Numbered from the stretch's first letter, positions 39,273-49,800 are shown. The stretch: DNA of 64,000 bases from an uncultured Chthonomonadaceae bacterium (GCA_963835065.1 CAWIEK010000011.1:1-64000), one strand, 5' to 3'. Translations and numbers: made by a program. Notes: a model not told the origin generated them from the letters alone.

Positions 39273-40530
39273 ATGGTACGAAAGAATTTTAAGCAATTAT
39301 TCAGTATCGCGCTGGCCGCTTTATTCGGCATCTTCGGCCTGCTGATCGGCTTTGCGCTGTTAGGACAAATCCAGCAGCCGGAACCGCCGGGTGTGCTGAA
39401 CCTTTTCAAGGAAGCGACCAAAGACCGCCCCTACTATCTGAGCGCCATCGTCACGGCGGTAGGCATGATCGGCCTGCTGGCGGGCGGCGTGATTGCGCCT
39501 AAACTGGCGCAGCGGCTGATTGACGCGGGCAACGCCGTCGAGAACATGTCCGCTAAAGACAAAATCGCAGTCGGCATCGGAACCATTCTCGGACTTATTC
39601 TCGCCCTGTGCTTCCTGCTGCCGTCCCTGCTGATTTCCACCACGCCGCTTGCCCGCGTGATCAGCGTTCTGATTTCCGTCGTGCTGGCGGTTGCGTTCGT
39701 CTATCTGGGCATACGCGGCATTATGAGCATGAAGGACGAACTGCGCTTTGTCGGGACCGAGCGCCACGCCGGAACCCGAAGAAGTCAGCCCCACCGTGAA
39801 CTGCAAGATTCTGGATACCAACGTCATTATTGACGGGCGTATCGCGGATGTGTGCCGCACGGGATTTTTGGAAGGACCGCTGTACGTGCCCGGTTTCGTG
39901 CTGGAAGAATTGCAGCACATCGCGGATTCGGGCGACGGATTGAAGCGGGCGCGGGGACGGCGCGGCCTGGACATTCTGAACACAATGCAGAAGGAACTGC
40001 CGCTTATCGTCCGCACCTGGGACAAGGCGCTGGACAAAGCGTACCAGAACGAAGAAGTGGACACCAAACTGGTTCGGCTGGCGAAGGCGCTGGAAGGCAT
40101 GATCGTCACCAACGACTTCAACCTGAACAAAGTGGCGATGCTGCAAGGCGTACAGGTGCTTAATGTCAACGAACTGGCGAACGCGCTGAAACCGGTTGTC
40201 CTGCCCGGTGAAGTAATGGTAGTCGGCATTGTCAAGGAAGGCAAGGAGCCGAATCAGGGCGTGGCGTACCTGGACGACGGCACGATGATCGTGGTCGAGG
40301 ACGGCAGGCGCTATATCGGCGGGACGCAGGGCGTGATTGTCACCAGCGTTCTGCAAACGTCAGCGGGTAAAATGATCTTCGCCCGCGTCCGCACCGACGA
40401 CGATGGAGACGCCTTTGACTACAACGGAGAACGTGAAGCCCGTGGCGACAACCACAACGGCAGCGGCAACTACCAGACCAACAGTGGCAGTGGTTTTACC
40501 CGCCGCGGGCCAGGCAAGAAGGTTCGGTAG
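39273..40530 (+). CDS. YacL-like membrane PIN/TRAM protein, frameshifted near 39750
   Basis: Four TM helices then [36 protein letters not shown]; precedes ispD as in Firmicutes; TGnTATAAT at 39070-39078. Confidence 0.85.
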
Positions 40531-41821
40531 CCCGGAAAACAAAATATGGGCGCTGCTGTCCGGGCGTCCGGTCATTGAGTGGACATTAGCCGCGTTTCAA
40601 AACCATCCGGGCGTGGACAGCATCACCATCGCCGCCGGGGAAAACGAAGTCGCGCGTCTGCGGGAAACGGCAACGCGCTTTTCCAAAGTAGCGGGCGTGG
40701 TTGTCGGCGGCGCGACGCGGGCCGAGTCCGTTCGCAACGGCCTGAACGCCATTCCCGCCGCTTCGGAACTGGTACTCGTCCATGACGCCGCCCGCCCGCT
40801 TGTAAGCGCGGAAGTGATTTCCCGTGTGATTGAAGCGACGGCGCGGATCGGCGCGTGTGTTCCCGGCCTGCCGCTGTCCGACACCGTGAAGCGAACGGAT
40901 GCCAACGGCCTTGTTCGCGCCACCATCCCCCGTTCCGTCACCAAAAACGCGGAAACGCTTTCCGGCCTGACCGCCGTACAAACGCCGCAAGGGGCGCGGG
41001 TTTCCCTGCTCCGGCAAGCCTACGCCCGCTATGATTTCGCGCAGGGTGAGCCAACCGACGAAGCCTCCTTAATCGAAGCCCTCGGCGAACCCGTTCAGGT
41101 GGTTTTGGGCGGCCCGCGCAATTTGAAGATCACCCGGCAGGAAGATGTTGCGCTTGCCGAGGCGTTGGGTGTTCAGGTGTTCGGGGTTTCAGGTGTTCAG
41201 GAAAATGCAAGCGCCAACTCTGCGCCTGCTGACAATGCAAACCTTTTCGCAGCGCCAACTGACAAGCCTGTGGCATCCGAACACCCAACGCCTGAACACC
41301 CGAACACCCGAACACCCGAACACCTGAACACCGAATACCGAACGGGCTTGGGCTACGACGTTCACGCTTTTGCCGAACCGGACGCGGGACGGAAATTGTT
41401 TTTGGGTGGCGTGGAGATACCGCATGACCGGGGATTGGAAGGGCACAGCGACGCGGACGTGCTGCTTCATGCGGTTTGTGACGCGCTATTGGGCGCGGCC
41501 TCGCTTGGCGACATCGGCATTTTGTTTCCCAACACGGACGAAGCGTACAGGGGAATTGCCAGCCTGAAATTACTGGAAGTGGTTGCGCAGCGTCTGGCGG
41601 AAGCAGGCTGGAAAATCGTCAACATAGACGCTACTGTGGTTGCCGAAGCGCCCAAACTGATGCCGCACCGAATTGCCATACAGCAGGCGATTGCAGATTG
41701 TCTCCACATCCACGCCGAACGTATCAGCGTCAAGGCGACCACTGCGGAAAAGTTAGGTTTCATCGGACGGCGCGAAGGCATGGAAGCAACAGCGATAGCA
41801 ACCATTGTTCGCAGCGTCTAA
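40403..41821 (+). CDS. ispDF: Bifunctional IspD/IspF fusion (start uncertain)
   Basis: [56 protein letters not shown]. Confidence 0.92.
   Translation: METPLTTTENVKPVATTTTAAATTRPTVAVVLPAAGQARRFGSPENKIWALLSGRPVIEWTLAAFQNHPGVDSITIAAGENEVARLRETATRFSKVAGVVVGGATRAESVRNGLNAIPAASELVLVHDAARPLVSAEVISRVIEATARIGACVPGLPLSDTVKRTDANGLVRATIPRSVTKNAETLSGLTAVQTPQGARVSLLRQAYARYDFAQGEPTDEASLIEALGEPVQVVLGGPRNLKITRQEDVALAEALGVQVFGVSGVQENASANSAPADNANLFAAPTDKPVASEHPTPEHPNTRTPEHLNTEYRTGLGYDVHAFAEPDAGRKLFLGGVEIPHDRGLEGHSDADVLLHAVCDALLGAASLGDIGILFPNTDEAYRGIASLKLLEVVAQRLAEAGWKIVNIDATVVAEAPKLMPHRIAIQQAIADCLHIHAERISVKATTAEKLGFIGRREGMEATAIATIVRSV
41167..41340. repeat. Inverted octamer-tandem hairpin (GGTGTTCA/G)n ... (CCGAACAC)n forming the IspD-IspF linker
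   Basis: Arms 41167-41201 and 41277-41340, in frame. Confidence 0.85.
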
Positions 41822-41843
41822 TCTCATTGGAGGAGTTGAACTC

Positions 41844-42095
41844 ATGCCGGACGATCCCAATGCAGCCCCGAACCCTAATGTCCTTTCGCGGGAACTCTAC
41901 AACCAAATTGTAGGGGGAGCCACCATACCCGTCTTATTATTTCTCATCTGGATGAGTTGGTTTCTCATCAACCGCTACATGAGTGTGGAGCGCAGACAGG
42001 AACGCCGCAACCGCGAGATACGCAGGGCGATTGCGGAACGGGAAGAGCGGTTCGGAAAACCCGCAGGGGAGAAGGAAACCCCGGAAGATAGTTAG
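41844..42095 (+). CDS. Small single-TM protein
   Basis: GGAGGAG SD; one TM helix followed by a charged tail. Confidence 0.65.
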   Translation: MPDDPNAAPNPNVLSRELYNQIVGGATIPVLLFLIWMSWFLINRYMSVERRQERRNREIRRAIAEREERFGKPAGEKETPEDS

Positions 42096-42362
42096 AAGTT
42101 GCCTGAATGTGTGAGTTATTTCACTGCGCTTGTATGCAAAAATTCCTTGTCAAATTACCGGATGTGTGGTAACTTGAATTATCAGTTTGCTGCACTCACA
42201 TTATTGGCTTTGCTTTCGCAGCGTCAATGTTACTTTCTTGAACTATTTTCTTGATGTGCGTCTCTCCCGATGGAGGCGTTATAGCGTAAAGGAAGGGAAC
42301 CGATAAGCCTTGATGCTCCGATTTCCTTCTTCCGCTTCCCTCACATTCGTGGAGAACGTACC

Positions 42363-42749
42363 GTGAACTACACTCGTGAACATGCCTGCGCCATTTCGCA
42401 GCCGCGCCCCGCGCCCGTTCAATCGCTGCTGACCCTGCTTTCCTTCGTGCCCCGCGTCCTTGCCCTGCTGGTGCTGATTATTTACGCGCCCGTAATTGTC
42501 GCTGCCGGCCTTCTGGTATTGCTGACTTCCCCCGGCCCCGCCTTCGTCAAGAAAGCCTACCGCCGCAGCAACGCCGCGCAGGATGTGGTTTACTTGTATG
42601 AACTGCGCACGGAATGTTGGCGAACCTGGCAGCCCACAACAATAGGACGCTGGCTGCTCCAGATGGACATTCCCCGTCTGCCTCGCCTGGTCAACGTGCT
42701 GCAAGGCGAAATCAACGCCGGCGAGCGCGTCCACCGCCTGAACGCTTGA
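42363..42749 (+). CDS. Short, degenerate bacterial sugar transferase-like protein
   Basis: TM helix + SPGPAF, IGRWL..DIPRLPRLVNVLQGE (canonical DELPQ altered). Confidence 0.55.
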   Translation: MNYTREHACAISQPRPAPVQSLLTLLSFVPRVLALLVLIIYAPVIVAAGLLVLLTSPGPAFVKKAYRRSNAAQDVVYLYELRTECWRTWQPTTIGRWLLQMDIPRLPRLVNVLQGEINAGERVHRLNA

Positions 42750-42753
42750 GGAC

Positions 42754-42928
42754 TCACCACAGAGACACAGAGACACAGAGGTTTCACAGTGGGATTGGAG
42801 ACAAGGAGAGAAAGAACGATTGATTCTCTTCTTTTCTCCTTCAAGGAGAGAAAGAACGATTGATTCTCTTCTTTTCTCCTTCTCGTATTTCTCTGTGAAG
42901 CCTCTGTGTCTCTGTGTCTCTGTGGTGA
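42754..42928. repeat. Inverted octamer hairpin (ACACAGAG)n / (CTCTGTGT)n enclosing a perfect 40-bp tandem duplication
   Basis: Duplication at 42802-42841 and 42842-42881; lies between convergent genes. Confidence 0.85.
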
Positions 42929-42938
42929 AGTATTGCTC

Positions 42939-43859
42939 CTACCAGCCCCGCGTTGCCATCAGTTCGGTTTCGGGCAGGGTGCGGATGTCCAGACTTGGCA
43001 TGGCTTCGCCGATTCCCATCGAGACTTCCGCCAGGTAGCTGGCATCCTGATAGTGCGCGACGGCATCCACAATGGCGCGGGCGCGGGCGGCGGGATCGGA
43101 CGATTTGAAGATGCCGGAGCCGACGAAGACCGCTTCCGCGCCCAGGTGCATCATCAGGGCGGCGTCGGCGGGCGTAGCGATGCCGCCTGCGGAAAAGTTG
43201 GGAACGGGCAGGCGTCCGGTTTTATGCACTTCCTCTATGAGATGGTAGGGGGCGCGGAACTCTTTGGCGGCGACCATCAGTTCGTCTTCCTGCAAAATCT
43301 GAACGCGCCGAATATCGCGCATCAGGGTTCGCATGTGGCGGACGGCCTCGACGACGTTGCCCGTACCCGCTTCACCCTTGGTGCGAATCATGGCCGCGCC
43401 CTCCCCGATACGGCGCAGGGCTTCGCCTAAATCCCGGCAGCCGCACACGAACGGCACTTTGTAAGGATGCTTGTTGACGTGGTTTTCCTCGTCGGCGGGC
43501 GTCAGCACTTCGCTTTCGTCAATGAAGTCCACACCAATCGCTTCCAGAATCTGCGCTTCCACAAAATGCCCGATACGGCACTTCGCCATGACCGGAATCT
43601 CATGCCCCTTAATCGCTTCCATGATCTCGCGGATCATTTTGGGGTCGGACATGCGGGCCACGCCGCCGTGCTTGCGAATATCGGATGGGACGCGCTCCAG
43701 CGCCATAACCGCCGTCGCGCCCGCTTCCGCCGCGATAACCGCCTGCTCCGGGTTCGCCACGTCCATGATGACGCCGCCCTTGAGCATCTCGGCCAATCCT
43801 ACTTTTGTGCGCCATGTTGACTTCTGCGCATTACTGTCGCTCATACTTCTACTCTCCAT
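42939..43859 (-). CDS. pdxS: Pyridoxal 5'-phosphate synthase subunit
   Basis: [47 protein letters not shown]. Confidence 0.96.
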   Translation of the reverse strand: MESRSMSDSNAQKSTWRTKVGLAEMLKGGVIMDVANPEQAVIAAEAGATAVMALERVPSDIRKHGGVARMSDPKMIREIMEAIKGHEIPVMAKCRIGHFVEAQILEAIGVDFIDESEVLTPADEENHVNKHPYKVPFVCGCRDLGEALRRIGEGAAMIRTKGEAGTGNVVEAVRHMRTLMRDIRRVQILQEDELMVAAKEFRAPYHLIEEVHKTGRLPVPNFSAGGIATPADAALMMHLGAEAVFVGSGIFKSSDPAARARAIVDAVAHYQDASYLAEVSMGIGEAMPSLDIRTLPETELMATRGW

Positions 43860-43889
43860 TGCTATACCCCCGCTTCGGGGTTGTTGCTG

Positions 43890-44411
43890 CTACTTACCTA
43901 TGGGTACGCCATTGATTGTCATTGTTTGGCTGAGTGTTTTGGAGCGCTTCCTGAGCCAGCCGGTCCCGGTTTTGACCCACAAATCCTCGTCCGTTTCGTC
44001 AGCTAACAATTTTTGCGCAGTTTTCGCATCTCCCACAGTTGCGCCGGACACGTGCGTTTTAACCGTAACGATGGCTTGGTCACTCTTCTTCAGCGTGAGC
44101 GTCTGAACTTTCTGCGTGACCGTAAGGGTTTTCATGACCGCCATCATGGACTTTGCCGAGGCTTTGGACTGCTCCAAATTCTTTTTATCGCCCTTTTCGT
44201 TGATGGACACGTAATCCGACGTATAAGCGCGATATGTCGCGTTTACGTCATGTTTGCCAATTGCAGCGCTTTCGGCGTCATAAGCGGCTTGAATACTCTT
44301 ACGCGCATCGGAAGCCGCATCCGCAAACGCAACGCCAGCCGTCGCGCAAACCAGCGAACAGGTAAAAGCAAACGCGGTTCGCTTCCATGTCTGCGTGTAT
44401 TGAAAGGACAT
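43890..44411 (-). CDS. Exported NTF2/DUF4440-like protein
   Basis: Signal peptide; IQAAY, DLWVKTGTGW. Confidence 0.6.
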   Translation of the reverse strand: MSFQYTQTWKRTAFAFTCSLVCATAGVAFADAASDARKSIQAAYDAESAAIGKHDVNATYRAYTSDYVSINEKGDKKNLEQSKASAKSMMAVMKTLTVTQKVQTLTLKKSDQAIVTVKTHVSGATVGDAKTAQKLLADETDEDLWVKTGTGWLRKRSKTLSQTMTINGVPIGK

Positions 44412-44457
44412 TGTTTGTCTCCAACTGTCGTGCCTGCCATTACAACACAGGCTTCTT

Positions 44458-45054
44458 TTACATTTCTCGCCGCCATTGCAGGGCGGAAATAAGGGTTGCC
44501 TGATCCGCGTAATCCAGGTCGCCGCCGGCGGGCAGGCCGTGCGCGATTTGCGACACTTTCACGCCCAACGGTTTCAAGCGGCTTGCCAGATACAGGGCGG
44601 TTGTCTGCCCCTCGGTTGTCGGGTTCAGGGCGAGAATCACTTCCTGAACGCCGTTCGCAACACGCGGAAACAACTCGCGGATTTTCAGCAGTTCGGGCGT
44701 GATGTTGTCCATCGGCGAAATCACGCCTTGCAGGACATGGTACAGCCCCTTGAATTCGTTGGTTTTTTCCATCGCGATCAGGTCGCGGGTTTCGGCCACG
44801 ACGCACATCAGCGTTCGGTCGCGCTTCGCGTCACGACACACTTCACACAAGTCCTGATCGGTGAAATTGGCGCACTCTTTGCACAATTTGATGTGCTGCT
44901 TGACCGACAGAATCGCTTCGGCCAGTTGCGCCGCTTCTTCCTGCGGCTGCCGCAGAATATAAAACGCCATGCGCTGCGCCGATTTCGGCCCAATGCCCGG
45001 CAGTCGCTCCAATTCCGCCACCAGTCGGGCGAGCGGTTTCGCATAGTGTAGCAT
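44458..45054 (-). CDS. recR: Recombination mediator RecR
   Basis: LPGIGPKSAQR, C4 zinc finger, YHVLQG, TTEGQTTA. Confidence 0.96.
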   Translation of the reverse strand: MLHYAKPLARLVAELERLPGIGPKSAQRMAFYILRQPQEEAAQLAEAILSVKQHIKLCKECANFTDQDLCEVCRDAKRDRTLMCVVAETRDLIAMEKTNEFKGLYHVLQGVISPMDNITPELLKIRELFPRVANGVQEVILALNPTTEGQTTALYLASRLKPLGVKVSQIAHGLPAGGDLDYADQATLISALQWRREM

Positions 45055-45065
45055 GGTAGCATCCG

Positions 45066-45183
45066 GGCATTAGGCATCAGGCATCAGGCATTAGATATTA
45101 GTTCCATTCAAAGGACTAGAATGCTGAAAACATCAGGGGAAATGGAAGTGATATTCTAATGCCTGATGCCTGATGCCTAATGC
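45066..45183. repeat. Inverted heptamer hairpin (GGCATT/CA)n ... (TAATGCC/TGATGCC)n between ybaB and recR
   Basis: Direct inspection. Confidence 0.85.
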
Positions 45184-45554
45184 TATCCAAGTAGTCCCGG
45201 CGGCAGGTTGAGGTCGCCCAGCCCGCCGGTGATTTCTTTCATGCGGGCTTCCTGACCGGCCTGCGCCTGGGCCGTCGCTTCTTTGGCGGCGGTGATAATC
45301 AGGTCTTCGAGAATTTCCACGTCATCGGGGTCTACGACGGCGCGGTTGATTTTTACTTCCACGAGATGACCGTGCCCGTTCACGGTGACAGTCACCATGC
45401 CGCCGCCTGCCTGCGCAGGAACGCGCATGGTTTCCAGATCGTTTTGCAGTTTCTCGGCGTCTTCCTGCATCTTCTGCGCCTGCTTCATCAGTTTCTGCAT
45501 ATCGCCAAAGCCGGGCATTCCGCCCCCGCCGCCACCCCCGCCAAATCGTGCCAT
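45183..45554 (-). CDS. ybaB: YbaB/EbfC nucleoid-associated protein
   Basis: KQAQKMQ, AGGGMVTV, DPDDVEILEDLI; between dnaX and recR. Confidence 0.93.
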   Translation of the reverse strand: MARFGGGGGGGGMPGFGDMQKLMKQAQKMQEDAEKLQNDLETMRVPAQAGGGMVTVTVNGHGHLVEVKINRAVVDPDDVEILEDLIITAAKEATAQAQAGQEARMKEITGGLGDLNLPPGLLG

Positions 45555-45626
45555 GTTCTTTATCTCCTTGTGTCAACGCAAAACCGGAAAAGTAGAGAAA
45601 AGGTTAAGAGTACGCCTTCTATTGTA

Positions 45627-47987
45627 TCAGACAATTCGGTTATTTTCCGTACTTACAACCTGTCCGCCAAAAATGTCCAATACTTCCCGCAGCATACCCA
45701 CGCTTGGGTCTGTTTCCGGCGCAGGTTCGGGCGTGGCAACTCGCGCGGTAACATTGGCTGCGCCATTGCTTGTAGCGGTGGAGCCATTGCCGGCAGGAGC
45801 AGGGCTGGAAACAGCAGCAGCGTTACTGGCGTTGTCCGCAACAGAATTGTTCGCGCCGTTGGAACCGTTCGCATAATCAAGACTATGCGCGGCAGAAGAA
45901 CCGTTGGAACTGCCATTGGAAGATGCCGGGGGCGCGTAGGCCGTTGGCGGCGGGGCGGCGGACGGCACTTCGTAATCCATCACGCGGGTCGGGCCGGAGG
46001 GCGCGGACGGCGTTGGCGGCGAGTCCAGCAGCGTTCCCATTTCTATCGGCGCGGCCTTGCCTGTGGCCGTAATCTGCGTGTCGCTGCCGGGAGAACTCAG
46101 CGTGTTTTGCGGGGTTCCCAGGTTGGCCGGCGCTTCCAGCACACACTGAATACGGTAGCCCGTTGTTTGCAGGGCTTCGTTTAATTTCCGGTCCAGCAGT
46201 TCCCGGCCTTTGGGCTTGTTGATGCGATCCCGCGCAAAAACATCCTTGAAGGTCAGCAGAACATGGTTGCCGTCCAGTCCCGTTACCGTCGCCTGCTTCA
46301 GCCAGGGGATACCGGCAGGCCCTTCTTTTTCCACCAGTTTAAGGACGCGCGGCCAGGCGCGCTGAATCACTTCCAGCGTGACGCCTTCCGCAAACTGATG
46401 CCGGTTCCTATCGGAAGAGGGGGCAGCGGGCGCGGCATGACCATTGCTTGCCGGGTTGGAAGCGTTGAATGTCGCCTTCATTTCCACGCCGGGAACGGAT
46501 TCTTCCACAAGGGGAGCCGCCGTTATCGTAAGTGGGGGCGGCGCAAGAACTTCGTCTGGTTCGGCTTCCAGAGCGTCTGCTTCTTCTTCATCGGCTTCAT
46601 TATCTTCATTATCAAGTTCTGTGTCGGCAGCGGGGGAAGCGGCGGGAGAAGCATAGACGGATGCGGACGCAAGGGCTTGCGCGGTTTCCTGCGTGGGCGG
46701 GCGCGGCACATTGGTCGGGCTTGCGGCGACATTGGCGCGGCTCGGCAGTTCCGCGTCGTCTGTATGGAAGGGCTGTGACGATTTGCCATTTGCCACAGCA
46801 GTCTGCGCTTGCGGGCGCGGAGTGGGAGAAACGGCTTTTTCCTGCGGGCGGGCGGCGGGACGCGGTTGCGGTTCCGCAACAAGCGTACCCTGTCCGATGA
46901 GCATCAGGCGCACCAGTGTCCGTTCCAGAATCCAGCGGTGCTGATTACTTGTACGACATTCGCGCTCTGCCGCCGACAATTCGCCCATCATTTCCAGCAG
47001 GGACGCGGGCGCAAACAGGTTTGCCTGCGACTTGAGCAGATTTAATTTGTCCGCGCCCAATTCCTGCGCCGCCGCTTGTTTCGCGCCCGTTGCCAGTAGC
47101 ATCAAATCGCGCAAATGCCCGGTCAGCGCGGTCAGCAATTGGCGCACATCGGTTCCGCTGTCTACGAGGTCACTGGCGATGCCAAGCGTCTCATCCCACG
47201 CCCCTGCTGACAGCGTTTCCGTCACGCGGGCCAGCATTTCGGTTCCCACCGTGCCCAATGCGCGATGGACGATTTCCGCCGTGATATGCCCGTCGGAATA
47301 CGCAAGCACCTGTTCCAGAATGGAAAGGGCGTCGCGCCACGAGCCTTCCGCGCTGCGGGCAACCGCCTGCACCGCTTCCGCTTCAGCGGTAAACCCTTCC
47401 GCCAGAATCACGCGCTCGATGGACGCGCTCAAATCGTGGAGACTGCCCCGCTTGAACTGATACCCCTGACAGCGCGAGCGTATGGTAATCGGAACTTTGT
47501 GGTATTCAGTTGTGGCGAGGATAAAGACAACGTGGGGCGGCGGCTCTTCCAGCGTTTTCAGCAGGGCGTCGAACGCTTTGGCCGACAGGTCATGCACTTC
47601 GTCAATGATGTAAACTTTGTAACGCGCCTCGCTGTTGGCGTACTGCACGTTTTCAATGATCTTTTCGCGCACATTGTCTACGCCGGTTTCGCTGGCCGCG
47701 TCAATCTCAACCACGTCCATGCACGTTCCCTCGCGGATGGATACGCACAGTCGGCAGACTCCGCACGGTTCGGGACTCGGCCCGTCCTGCGCCACGCAGT
47801 TGAGGGCGCGGGACAGCAGGCGGGCGGTAGACGTTTTGCCGCAGCCCCGCGCCCCGTGAAACAGGTAGGCGTGGGCAATGCGTCCGGTCCGAATCGCGTT
47901 TTGCAGCGTGGTCGTCACGGCTTCCTGTCCCATCAACTCGTCGAAGTTCTGGGAGCGGTATTTGCGGTAAAGGGCGATGTAGGACAT
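45627..47987 (-). CDS. dnaX: DNA polymerase III subunit gamma/tau
   Basis: LYRKYRSQNF, GARGCGKT, EIDAAS, IIDEVH, LLKTLEEPP, SRCQ; long low-complexity linkers. Confidence 0.96.
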   Translation of the reverse strand: MSYIALYRKYRSQNFDELMGQEAVTTTLQNAIRTGRIAHAYLFHGARGCGKTSTARLLSRALNCVAQDGPSPEPCGVCRLCVSIREGTCMDVVEIDAASETGVDNVREKIIENVQYANSEARYKVYIIDEVHDLSAKAFDALLKTLEEPPPHVVFILATTEYHKVPITIRSRCQGYQFKRGSLHDLSASIERVILAEGFTAEAEAVQAVARSAEGSWRDALSILEQVLAYSDGHITAEIVHRALGTVGTEMLARVTETLSAGAWDETLGIASDLVDSGTDVRQLLTALTGHLRDLMLLATGAKQAAAQELGADKLNLLKSQANLFAPASLLEMMGELSAAERECRTSNQHRWILERTLVRLMLIGQGTLVAEPQPRPAARPQEKAVSPTPRPQAQTAVANGKSSQPFHTDDAELPSRANVAASPTNVPRPPTQETAQALASASVYASPAASPAADTELDNEDNEADEEEADALEAEPDEVLAPPPLTITAAPLVEESVPGVEMKATFNASNPASNGHAAPAAPSSDRNRHQFAEGVTLEVIQRAWPRVLKLVEKEGPAGIPWLKQATVTGLDGNHVLLTFKDVFARDRINKPKGRELLDRKLNEALQTTGYRIQCVLEAPANLGTPQNTLSSPGSDTQITATGKAAPIEMGTLLDSPPTPSAPSGPTRVMDYEVPSAAPPPTAYAPPASSNGSSNGSSAAHSLDYANGSNGANNSVADNASNAAAVSSPAPAGNGSTATSNGAANVTARVATPEPAPETDPSVGMLREVLDIFGGQVVSTENNRIV

Positions 47988-47993
47988 AAAAAA

Positions 47994-48111
47994 GTAGACG
48001 GTAGACGGTAGACGGTAGACGGTAGAATAAAACGCGCTGGCGTGTGCGCTGGCCGTTCGCTATGTTGCGCGGCGTCCTTCTACTGTCTACCGTCTACCGT
48101 CTACCGTCTAC
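47994..48111. repeat. Inverted heptamer hairpin (GTAGACG)n ... (CGTCTAC)n between ffs and dnaX
   Basis: Direct inspection; ends 6 nt before the dnaX ATG. Confidence 0.85.
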
Positions 48112-48119
48112 CTGATTTC

Positions 48120-48250
48120 GCGTTCGAGGCTCAGAGCCGGGGTGAGGAACGTACTCGGGAGGAACAGGCTTAAAGCTGCTATGTTCCCATCCTGACTTGG
48201 TTCGCCCACCCGCCGATACGCCCGCCCCGGCTCTCAACCCCGAACGCTTC
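48120..48250 (-). ncRNA. ffs: Signal recognition particle RNA (small type)
   Basis: Minus strand GAACCAAGTCAGG-ATG-GGAA-CAT-AGCAGC helix-8 motif in a long hairpin; upstream of dnaX. Confidence 0.88.
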
Positions 48251-48258
48251 TACACACC

Positions 48259-48287
48259 ATTATACCAAATAGGCAGCAGGAAAGCAA
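48259..48287 (-). promoter_or_regulatory. ffs promoter
   Basis: TTGCTT-N17-TATAAT with extended TG. Confidence 0.75.
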
Positions 48288-48342
48288 CGGCAATTTTCAC
48301 GGCGGGCACTTTCGCGCCATTGTTCCCGGCGTCTGCGCATGT

Positions 48343-48735
48343 TTACGCTTCGGGCAGTACCGCAACGGGATAGGCGCGAACGGCGGCATTTACGGTTACG
48401 AGTGTCAGGCCGTAGGTTAGCGCTTGACAGATCAGCGCCCGGTCAAACGGATCACGATGGAGAGCGGGGAGATTGCCCAGGACGACAAGGTCGCTTTCTT
48501 CCAGCGGCAAAGCGGCAATCAAATGGCGGCGGCGCTGTTCCGGCAGATAAGTTTCTGGTGGAGCAGGCAGAGGCAGCTTACCGAGATGGTATTTGATACA
48601 GGCTTCCCAAATGGAAACCACGCTCAGATATACCGTGTTAGCAGGGTCGCGCAGCACGGCTTGCCAGGCAGACGACAATTGCGTATCGCCACTGATGTAC
48701 CAGAGAAAAATATGCGTATCCAGCAGCAGTGTCAT
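48343..48735 (-). CDS. VapC-like PIN toxin
   Basis: LLLDTHIFLW, SVVSIWE, HRDPFDRAL. Confidence 0.9.
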   Translation of the reverse strand: MTLLLDTHIFLWYISGDTQLSSAWQAVLRDPANTVYLSVVSIWEACIKYHLGKLPLPAPPETYLPEQRRRHLIAALPLEESDLVVLGNLPALHRDPFDRALICQALTYGLTLVTVNAAVRAYPVAVLPEA

Positions 48736-48971
48736 TGTCCTTCAAACTCCGCCAGAACCTCCTCCGGGAGCGGAGCGTCGAAGCCGGCAGGCACGGCAAA
48801 CTCGTCGGCGCACAGTCCGAAGGGGCGTAGCTGTTGCGCAGGAGGCATGACCGGTTTAAGTTCGGCAATGGGCAGGTTTGCCTGCGTAATAAGCAATGTT
48901 TCGCCTGCGCGGACGCGCTGGAGATAGCCGGGCAAATCACGCTGCATATCATCGAGAGTAATGGTCGTCAT
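48732..48971 (-). CDS. Phd/YefM-like antitoxin, probably leaderless
   Basis: LQRVRAGETLLIT..PIAEL, FDAPLP; ATGA overlap with toxin; ATG 6 nt after the -10. Confidence 0.85.
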   Translation of the reverse strand: MTTITLDDMQRDLPGYLQRVRAGETLLITQANLPIAELKPVMPPAQQLRPFGLCADEFAVPAGFDAPLPEEVLAEFEGQ

Positions 48972-48977
48972 ACAGAC

Positions 48978-49018
48978 AATATACCAAAATTGCCGTAGGA
49001 AAGCAACGGCAATTTTGG
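48978..49018 (-). promoter_or_regulatory. TA promoter with 12-bp palindromic operator
   Basis: TTGCTT-N17-TATATT; CCAAAATTGCCG / CGGCAATTTTGG. Confidence 0.75.
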
Positions 49019-49311
49019 GATTGCGCCGGGTTGAAACCCTATGCTGGAAAATATGACTGTCCTGTGGACACGACTCTTGAACAACAGGTATGTCCGCAGG
49101 ATATTCGTTTTGTTCAGCGCAGGCCAAGATTCAATCGCTTTTCCAGCGCTTTTCAATGCTCGGCTGCTAAGGCGCTTAATTAACGCTATGCCATTTTGGG
49201 TCAGGGTTAGCAGGGTATTGGACAAGGCATGGAGAACATAAAGGTTGTTCTTCCTTTTCGTTTGGTTCGTGTCTTTCGCGGTTTATCTGTCTTGTTTAGA
49301 TGGGATGGGGT

Positions 49312-49800
49312 ATGTTTACGTCGAATACGGTTGTGGTTCGGGGCGAGGCGGCAAAGATGCTGCCGCGTATTTACGAGTTGGCGGCGGACATTCAGGACTG
49401 GCCGACTTTGCTGCCGCATTATCGGTACATGCGGATTGTGGAGCAGTCGGAGCGGCATAAAATCGCGGATTTTGGAGCGACGCGCGTGTTCCGGCTAGGG
49501 CCGTTTGCGCTTGGCTTTCCCTGTAAGTGGCGGGGGCGGCAAGAATTATTCCCGGAGGATAAGCGTATCACGTATAAGCATGTGCGGGGGATTACGCGGG
49601 GCATGTGGGTGGAATGGCGGCTGGAAGATTGCGGCGATCACGTCAAAGTCACGATAGACCACGAATTGACGTATCCCATACCCGTTCTTGGCAACTGGTT
49701 CGCGCATTATATTGTGGGCAACTTGTTCGTTCATCCGGTGGCGGGAACGACGCTGAATTGTATCAAAACAAAGGTTGAGGAAGAAAGTGAGCGCGCATGA
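49312..49800 (+). CDS. SRPBCC (polyketide cyclase-like) protein
   Basis: IYELAADIQDWPTLLPHY, HVRGITRGMWVEW; ATGA overlap with the KS gene. Confidence 0.8.
   Translation: MFTSNTVVVRGEAAKMLPRIYELAADIQDWPTLLPHYRYMRIVEQSERHKIADFGATRVFRLGPFALGFPCKWRGRQELFPEDKRITYKHVRGITRGMWVEWRLEDCGDHVKVTIDHELTYPIPVLGNWFAHYIVGNLFVHPVAGTTLNCIKTKVEEESERA

Noticed and set aside
42802..42881. 40-bp direct repeat as a mini-CRISPR
   Set aside because: Two adjacent copies with no spacer and no cas genes; no CRISPR array was found in the window.
42939..43859. pdxS without adjacent pdxT
   Set aside because: Unlinked pdxT is common and cannot be judged from one window.
45627..47987. Programmed dnaX frameshift
   Set aside because: No A-AAA-AAG or long A-run slippery site noticed; the long linkers are simple low-complexity sequence.
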